From assembly GCA_951406725.2 (NCBI GenBank), contig OX597816.1:96100001-96164000 (forward strand): a DNA stretch of 64,000 bases, read 5' to 3'. The stretch comes from Octopus vulgaris. Taxonomy: Eukaryota. Made by a program: the position numbers and the translations under genes. How positions within the stretch are numbered: the first letter of the stretch is position 1; each line of letters starts with the position of its first letter. The notes beneath the pieces were generated by a model. That model was not told the origin of the DNA and made no database searches. It worked only from the letters and a program-made list of their open reading frames with translations. Shown here in pieces: positions 54,746-64,000 of this stretch.

Positions 54746-55358
54746 ACTCTCTTTAAGTTATACACTTACTAACTTCTGTCTACAAACTGGCTTCCTTGTA
54801 TTTCAATTAGTTGCGCTTAAAAATCGCTGTTGTTACAGATTTTGTACGTTCTCCCTAAAAAGTAATTTAGCTATTTTAATTTTTGTTCACCGGTGTGTTT
54901 AAATTTAGTTTTTCCACACCTGCCTAAAATTGACTTCGGTGTATTTCAATTTTGTCGTACGTAAATCTGTTTGTGATTACGGTACATTCTCCCTGCAGCA
55001 TTGCTTATTTAAAATTTTTTGCACTCCGTCTATTTAAATACACTATTTACATTTCTCCCTCTATCGCAAAACTTTGTGAGTGTGATTGTGCATGCGCACG
55101 TATGACTGCTATGAGCCACATATAGGAGATAAAGCTTTATTACTAACAAATAAGATTTCTACCACGCCACTGAGCGGCCATGCGTTAGAAAAAACTATCC
55201 TAAAGCGGCTCAGGTTTTTACCCTCAAGATATTTTCTTCTAGAGCTTTATACATTCAAACGGGGTTTATAAGTTCTGCCTACAATTTGACTTCTCTGTCT
55301 ATATAAAATTATGTAAAATATATATATAACATATATATTATATATAATATATATGTAT

Positions 55359-55524
55359 AGGCGCAGGAGTGGCTGTGTGGTAAGTAGCTTGCTAACCAAC
55401 CACATGGTTCCGGATTCAGTCCCACTGCGTGGCATCTTGGGCAAGTGTCTTCTGCTATAGCCTCGGGCCGACCAATGCCATGTGAGTGGATTTGGCAGAC
55501 GGAAACTGAAAGAAGCCTGTCGTA

Positions 55525-55622
<98 letters not shown>

Positions 55623-55827
55623 TGTGTCTGTGGTTGTCCCCCTAGCATTGCTTGACAACCGATGCTAGTGTGTTACGTCCCCGTCACTTAGCGGTTCGGC
55701 AAAAGAGACCGATAGAATAAGTACTGGGCTTACAAAGAATAAGTTCCGGGGGCGATTTGCTCGACTAAAGGCGGTGCTCCAGCATGGCCGCAGTCAAGTG
55801 ACTGAAACAAGTAAAAGAGTAAAGAGT
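55359..55827 (+). mobile_element. SINE family A, full length
   Basis: ggcgcaggagtggctgtgtggtaag...gactgaaacaagtaaaagagtaaagagt. Confidence 0.9.
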
Positions 55828-55870
55828 ATATATATTACATATATATGTGTATATATATATATTACATATA

Positions 55871-55929
<59 letters not shown>

Positions 55930-55930
<1 letters not shown>

Positions 55931-57249
55931 TATATATAACATTCTTTGTCTGTTTGTCTGACTCTCTATTTCCTACGCTTTCTCAAACGGTTCGAACAAA
56001 TCAAATCAAATTTTACAAGGTAATAGTTTCAGACCCCGTGATTGACAACGTGTAACTTTTTTTCATTTGGATTAAAGCAACATAAGATTGGCACTGGTTC
56101 AGTATTATGTGTCAAAAGTGAAAGAATATGATCTATATTGTAATGTCATATAATATTGTTTCACTTTTATTCTTTGGCTTTGTATTCTAAGCCTATGATA
56201 TTGTTACACTTTTATTCTTTCACTTTTATTTCTACTGTGATAAATAAATGAATAATTTATATCCTAATGTGAACAACATTACACATCGGCAACTTTCCGT
56301 GTTTACCGCTATAACCGCGGAATGGTGTGCCAGTATATGTGTGTTGACTGTCAAAACGAACAGCTGGATATGAAACCTTTGACAAAAAACAATTAGGACA
56401 GAGGTCCAAGGTATATAAAAATACACATTTACTATTCAATTAACAGTTCATAGTCATCATATCAGTTGCAAGGTTGAAAGGTATTTACAATAACATATTT
56501 ACCCTCACACTAATGGAGTCTCAAGATGAAACTTTCCCAAGATCAGCTATTTCTTTACTGCTCACAAGGGGCTAAACACAGAAGGGACAAACAAGGACAG
56601 GCATAGGTATTAAGTCGATTACATCGACCCCAGTGCGTAACTGGTACTTAATTTATCGACCCCGAAAGAATGAAAGGCAAAGTGGACCTCGGCGGAATTT
56701 GAACCCAGAACGTAACGGCAGACGAAATACGGCTACGCATTTCGCCCGGTGTGCTAACGGTTCTGCCAGCTTGCCGCCTTATTAAAAATTACGAAGATCA
56801 GCAAACGCATGCTGTAGCACATCAAGTGGAGTCTCAAGAGAGAAGGGAGATAGAACTTTCCCAAGATCAGCAAAAGCATGCCACAGCACATCAAATGAAG
56901 TCTCACGACTGAAGCGAGATGTAACTTTCTGACGATCAGCAAAGGCATGCTGCAGCATGCCAGATGGAGTCTGAACAGAAAATTGAGATGAGACTTTCTA
57001 AAGATCAACAAAGACATGCACATACACCCCACCCCCAACAATTTTCCATGACAGGTTAGTGCCTGGAATACTCCAAACGGACGCATGACATGTCGCTTAG
57101 TCAAATTAGTTCATTATTTACTCCTGAAATGTTTATTCATCAACGCTGCACTTTCCCGTATCACCTGTTTCAACTTAACTATTATATATATATATATATA
57201 TACAAACTATGCCATTTTAATCCCGAACAATGCTAAGTATCTCTGCTAG
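55930..57249 (+). mobile_element. Helitron remnant with STPR-like 69-bp repeats and nested SINE B (56548-56779, -)
   Basis: 5' tatatataacattctttgtctgtttgtctg...aaacggttcgaac; 3' cccgaacaatgctaagtatctctgCTAG|T; 23-aa repeat relic at 56793-57025. Confidence 0.7.
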
Positions 57250-57271
57250 TGTACACACGCACACGCGCACA

Positions 57272-57319
<48 letters not shown>

Positions 57320-58819
57320 TATATACATATTTGTTTGTTAAGCATCATTTATTTATGAACGGGAAATTTCTTGAACATGTGTATTATTTGTTATCTCTCC
57401 TATATTGATTTATGAACAAATAGATTATAGATAAAATAATTGATTCGATATGTTAAATTTTTAATTTTAACTTTTTCTTATTTAATTTCAATTAACTATA
57501 CTGAATAGCTAAAACCTAAATACGTGTATTTCCTACACTATCGTAAACTACTATAAATATTATCCTCATGCGTATAAACACGATTTTTAAGCAGAAAATG
57601 ATTTTAACACATAGATATATTTTTCTTACTTAAGTATTGCTACTATATTGTTCATATTCAAATTACAAGAATTTAACTATAAATTATTTTATATTTTTAC
57701 TGTAATTTAATAATAGTATTGATTATTAATTATTACATATAAGAACAGAATAAACTATAGATTTTTTCGTCTCTTTGTTTAAAAACAATGAAATAGAGAT
57801 AATATGTATATATATTCTGATAGATGACAGTAAATTTAAATTCAACATTGAAATAAGATGTAGATCCTTATTTGGTATTATATATACGTAAATATACGTG
57901 CATTTCTTTTTGACTACTAAGTTAGGGATAAAGGATGGAGATTATTATTTACTTATTGTGGGGAGGGAGCTAAGAGCAATCAAATAGACATTGTGGAAAT
58001 ACAATAGTTACGATTTTAGTTTGAAACAGAAATAGTATACTATGTGTAAAACAATGTGTAGCAAACGAATATGAAGAAAAAATTGCGCCGACGAACGGGA
58101 AGTGGTGAGAGGACTTGGAACACTCCCGATGTGAATTTACCGAGTCACTTCCCGTCCTCTCCCGTTCGCCCGCGCGCATTTGTTTTTTCATGTTCATTTA
58201 CTACATGTTGTATTTACACTTATTGCACTATTTAAAAAAAAAATTGCTCGAGTCAAACACTGGAGGTTAACCACGTACTTTGGAGATTTCGAAACCTAGG
58301 TCCTAGGTTATCGACGTCTGGGACGTATATGTATCTAATGTTCTTCATACAGGTAAAATAAAACAGTTTATGCTCGCCGGCCGCAAACATCTTTGTCAGT
58401 ATATACACAGTGAAGCTTTACTATCACATCATATATTATCGACTGCTGTTTCCAGTAAATATTGGTGCATTGTTTTACCACTATTCTGTATATATATATA
58501 TATATACCTTCGAAACACGGAGTAGACGAAGCAGGGCAGCTGAGGAGGGGAATATTCCTTGTGTTGTATATCTTGTACTCTGTTTTTCGTTGGTTGAAAA
58601 ACTCCGTTTCCATGGTCTTGTTTTTATGTTTTCGTTTCTCATTGTGTTCGACGTTTGTTGGTGTCCTGTACCTATATATGCATGTATATCTACATATAGA
58701 TGTAAGTATGTACATATATGTATGTATATATGCATATGTTCTATTTATTATTTTTGTTATTATATGATCGAACGCCACGCATCCACTTCCAAGCAAGTTT
58801 TATCTTATGTATATATATA

Positions 58820-60021
58820 CAGGTGCAGGGGTACTGTGTGGTAAGAAGTTTGATTCCCAACCGCATGGTTCCGAGTCCCACTTCGCGGTACCTTGGTCAA
58901 CTGTCTTCTATTTGGTTGGCAACTAAGTTCCCGCCCTCTTTTTTAAATTTTAGAATTTATTGCGTTTTTAAATGTTGGAATCTATTTTTTTTTCGAGAAT
59001 TCTATTTTTGAATCATTTCGGAATCTTTTTTTTTTCTTGTTAATTTTAGTTAATTGTTTTTATATATTTTCAGATCATTAAAATGAAATGTCAAGTTAAG
59101 AAAAACGATCATTTTCGACACCTCCTTCTTTTTGCCTTTAATCAAGGTTCTAAGGCCGCAAAAGCTGCTCGCGAAAGAACCGCTCGTGATTGGTATGCCA
59201 AGTTCAAAAATAGAAATTTTGATCTCAAAGATGCACCTCATTCTGGCCATCCAGTTTAGTTCGATGAAGAGCAATTAAACCAACTTCTCGTCAATCGACA
59301 AGAGAATTGGTAGAGAAAACGGAATGCTCCCACACTGCTGTAGAGAAGCATCATCACTCGATGGGAACGGATAAGAAGCATGGAGAATGGGTTCCGCATG
59401 CTCCAAGTGACAACAACAAAGATCGTCGAGTCACAATCTCCGCTGGTTTGCTTGCTCGTCACATTCAACTCATGGACACAAGCAACGATTTCTTTACCGA
59501 ATCGTTACTGGCGACGAAAAATGGTGCCTGTACATTAATATGAAGCAGCGTAAGGAATGGCTTAGCCCCGGTAAACAAGCGACACCGCAAGTGAAACAAG
59601 ATCTTCATCTGCGTTAAACGATGTTGTGGGTATGACCAAGGAAGCCATTCGAATGCATGGCTGGGAAGTGCTCCCACACCCACCGTACTCTCCTGATTTG
59701 GCACCAACGGATTTCCGCCTCTTTCGATCTCTTTCAAATGCTATGCGCGGAGTTTTGTTCAATACTGATGCAGAATTGAGAGCTTGGTTGGATCATTTTT
59801 TCCAGTCGAAAATACCGAAGCGGTATTGAAAATCTCGTTGAACGTTGGGAAGAAATTGTTACAAGGGTGAATACATTATTGATTAATTAGTTGTTCTGTT
59901 TTATTAAACCTTTTAAATTTAAAAAATGGCGGGAACTTCGTTGCCAACCCAATACTGTAGCCACGGCCCGACCGAAGTCTTGCGAATAAAATTGGTAGAC
60001 GTAAACTAAAAGAAGCCCGTC

Positions 60022-60061
<40 letters not shown>

Positions 60062-60312
60062 GTGTGTGTGTGTGTGTGAGTATTTATGTGAAGGTGTCTT
60101 TGTTTCTGTGTTTATCCCTCCACCATCGCTTGACAATTGATGTTGATGCATTTACGTCCTCTTAACGTAGCGGTTTGGCAGAAAGGACCGATAGAATAAG
60201 TACCTAGTTTACAAAGAATATGTCCTGGTGTCGATATATTTGACTAAACCATTTAAGGCGGTGCTGCAGCATGGCCGCAGTCGGGTGACTGAAACAGGTA
60301 AAAGAATAGAAG
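58820..60312 (+). mobile_element. SINE family A split by a mariner
   Basis: ...ctgtcttcTA | mariner | TActgtagccacggcccgacc... Confidence 0.85.
58911..59952 (+). mobile_element. Mariner element, internally deleted
   Basis: TIRs tttggttggcaactaagttcccgcc / ggcgggaacttcgttgccaacccaa; TA TSD; IVTGDEKW and HPPYSPDLAPTDF. Confidence 0.92.
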
Positions 60313-60532
60313 AAAACTATATACTTACGTACATACATACATACATACATACATACACACATATATACATATATATATACATATATAAAGTTAATCCAAA
60401 CATGCAAACACAACGAGAAAACACAACAACGCGGGATATGCACATAAACATATATACACACATATACATACATATAGATAGATACATACATACATGCATA
60501 TATATTCACATAAAGCTATAGACATACTCACA

Positions 60533-60576
<44 letters not shown>

Positions 60577-60837
60577 GATGAATTTCTCAATGTATATTTG
60601 TGTTTATAATCGTGTGATCTATAAAGCGGTGCTATTTTTTGCTCGCAATAACCGATTGTTTTGGTCAAACTATCGTATCTCCAGGTGTTTCAGATGCCGA
60701 GATATGAAAATTGCCTAAGTGTAGTACAACGGTTTTTGTTATGGAATGGTGAGACTATTTTTTCATTTTCTGTAAAACAAAGAAAAAAAAAAAAAAACAA
60801 CGTTTTGGACTTGCGACACTTTTTCATAATAGCAACT

Positions 60838-60929
<92 letters not shown>

Positions 60930-61604
60930 AGACAGACAGATATACTGATATATATATATATATATCAGTATATTTATGTTTATACATGCATTTGCTCTGT
61001 CTATATGTACACATGGTTTACAGATATGTATTCATGCACGCACATATATTCATAAACAGACATGTGTGTGTGTATACACGCGCACTTACCCAAGCACAAA
61101 CACACCCATCCACACTCACCCATCCATATATATCTATATATATGTATGTGTGTGTGTGTATGTGTTTGCGTATGTATAGCAACATAGTTAACTCTGATTA
61201 AGCGATAGTCTAGTACATATTCACACGTGATATGGAAGCCACGTTAATAATGAACTTGACTTGATTTTGATATTCTAAACGCCTGCCAAGATGTGCACAC
61301 ATGAACACATACAAACGCGCACATATATATCTCCTATCTTTCAGACATGAAAAAAAATCATAAAAATAGAAAGTCAATGTCACCACCCACACGCCTCCTT
61401 TCACTTTTGCCCTTCCGCTTCTTAGTAAGGCAATCAGATTCTTAGATTGTTCGTTTACTAAATATGTATATATATATAAATAAACAAATGTTCTTGTGTG
61501 TATGTATACATACATAAATAAATACATACAAGCACACATTCATACATACATACATACATACATACATACATACATACATACATACATACATACATACATA
61601 ATAC

Positions 61605-61663
<59 letters not shown>

Positions 61664-61912
61664 CAAATATATATATGCGTGTGTGTGTATTATATATATA
61701 TTTATATGAATAAATCTACATATATCAATGGTCGTTTTGCTTCATGTTTAGAGCTCTCAGCCGGTATCTGATGGGTACGAGGTTCGACTTTCCATAGTCT
61801 CTGGTTGGGAACATTTTTTTTTCTGTCTTCTAAGGGTAAATGCCCAATCTTTCTCTGCTGCTTTCACAGCTATACTGCGTTCGAAATTAATTTTCTTATT
61901 TGTAATATGCAT

Positions 61913-62333
61913 AGGCGTAGGAGTGGCTGTGTGGTAAGTAGTTTGCTTACGAACCACATGGTTCCGGGTACAGTCCCACTGCGTGGCACCCTGGGCAAGT
62001 CTCTTCTACTATAGCCTCGAGCAGACCAAAGCCTTGTGAGTGGATTTGATTGACGGAAACTGAAAGAAGCCCGTCATATATATGCATATATATGTATATG
62101 TATGTGTGTGTATATGTTTGTGTGCCTGTGTTTGTCTCCCCAACATCGCTTGACAACTGATGCTGGTGTGTTTACGTCCCCGTTACTGAGCGGTTAGGCA
62201 AAAGAGCCCGATAGAATAAGTACTAGGCGTACAAAGAATAAGTCCTGGGGTCGATTTGCTCGACTAAAGGCGTTGCTCCAGCATGGCCACAGTCAAATGA
62301 CTGAAACAAGTAAAATAGTAAAGAGTAAAGAGT
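61913..62333 (+). mobile_element. SINE family A, full length
   Basis: Same head, core and tail as 55359-55827. Confidence 0.9.
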
Positions 62334-62413
<80 letters not shown>

Positions 62414-62587
62414 GTAAGAATGATTGTCGTCATTTCTTTCTCTTTTGCCTGCGTTGTTTGCTTTTTAAGTGCTGTGGTTTTACTGGGATCTCCCTTTTAA
62501 GTAGAAAGAATAGACAAAACTCTTTGACTGCTATTTCTAAATTCGGTGTGTGGTGAGGCAAATCGTTGCTAAACCCTTAATTACTTA

Positions 62588-62645
<58 letters not shown>

Positions 62646-62674
62646 ACATATATACATACAAACACACACAGACA

Positions 62675-63567
62675 CAGGGTGGTGAAAAGTAAGTAGGTAT
62701 TAAATATTGGTCATAAAATCCGTATCCTTTTTTAAAATTTATTGAAACAAATTAAATGGTACATGTTCTTTATTACATGGAAAAACAAATGAAAGTAAAT
62801 CTTCATATTTCAACCAGTTTTCTCAAACGGCGAGGGATGGAATGAACAACCTTCTGAAGGACGTTGTCTGAGATATTATTGAGAACCTCCTGAATCCGTG
62901 TCTCCGAGTCCTCCAGTGTGCGACGTTTTGTCTTGTAAACCCCCTCTTCTGTCCAACACCACAGCTAAAATTGCAATGGAGTGAGATCTGGACTTCTCGG
63001 ATTTCTGGTCTTCTGGACTTCTGCGGTCACTGTCTTCAGGTTTTAGCACTTGCACGTAATGGGATTGACACGGACGGAAATTCAATTCTTTATGCAACAC
63101 TGTACGTATTGTGCGTTTTGTTAGTTCACTTTCACGAGATGCTTGACGTGTTAATTTTTGTGGGCTGCGATTAAACATTTCCTGCCCTGTTCCCACGTTC
63201 TCCGCTGATCGGGATATGGTTGGACGGCCACTTCTTGCAACGTTCACAGAGCCTATGATCATCAGCTTTGCATGACAACCTTTTATTGTCTCCGGATGTA
63301 GTGTTGCATGTTTAACTTTCCATGGAGGACACCATCTCTGAACCAAATCAATGGAATTCGACACTTCATAGCGTGCTGCTATCTTAGCTTGCTCCCGAAC
63401 AGTCAAGAGACCGGCCATCTGGATAATAAGAAATAAGAAATAAGACAATAAGAAATAAGAAATCCCCATTAGTGTTATCTGTTTAAAAAATGTTTTCGTC
63501 ATGACATCAGTGATACTAAAAATTCTGCAAGCAATTTCAAATGCCTAGTTACTTTCCACCCACCCTG
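62675..63567 (-). mobile_element. Tc1/mariner-superfamily element (rosa/maT-like), deleted
   Basis: TIRs cagggtggtgaaaagtaagtagg / cctagttactttccacccaccctg. ORF with HTH region, RSGRP, and out-of-frame RSPDLTPL. Confidence 0.85.
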
Positions 63568-63835
63568 TATATATATATATATATATATACATACACATAC
63601 AAGTGCGGTATTTGTGTAGGTCATTTTATGTATTTATATACGTATAAATATAAATTGATGACTACCAGTAGTATTAGAACATCTAATATTTCTCAGAATT
63701 ATATTATGAGCATAAAAAATAACATCTTTTTCATTACTAGGATAAATTTGAATTAGCTGGAAGCTCTTAGAATGCTTCAATTGTGCTCATGCGGGATTAA
63801 ATATATGTCCGACTGTGTGCATGCGTATGAGTAAG

Positions 63836-63955
<120 letters not shown>

Positions 63956-64000
63956 TCACTTATACAAATGCACTTTCACGCATACTTATATATACATGTA

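Noticed and set aside
56793-57025. CRISPR-like or regulatory repeat array
   Set aside because: No unique spacers; the codon-phased 69-bp period fits a decayed protein repeat, and the DNA is eukaryotic.
58507-58555. Type-II hammerhead (GAAAC...GTA...CTGAGGA)
   Set aside because: The intervening segment forms no stem I here or in the 31290 copy; at most halves of two motifs.

Overview
AT-rich, microsatellite-saturated animal DNA. The SINE families and (TA)n/(CA)n/(GATA)n/(TAA)n load resemble an octopod cephalopod genome (inference). I can support no host protein-coding exon. Nearly all listed ORFs are microsatellite artefacts; the rest are decayed transposon fragments: RLE-type LINEs (Hero-like, R4/Dong-like), RTE, L1/Tx1, Penelope-like (GIY-YIG + RT), Tc1/mariner elements, a hAT MITE, two Helitrons and many tRNA-derived SINEs. 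The striking signal is about 11 type-I hammerhead ribozyme (HHR) motifs from about 8 unrelated short non-coding families, mostly ending in (TA)n tracts and often preceded by an inverted copy of their own 3' end, as in Penelope pseudo-LTRs. These include a tRNA-headed (Pol III) HHR-bearing SINE-like unit and an HHR whose C3-G8 core pair is swapped to G3-C8. Several palindromes record snap-back or template-switch events, including a LINE 3' end folded back exactly at its own internal hairpin inside a (TATC)n tract. All structures were read by eye; no folding or database search was run.
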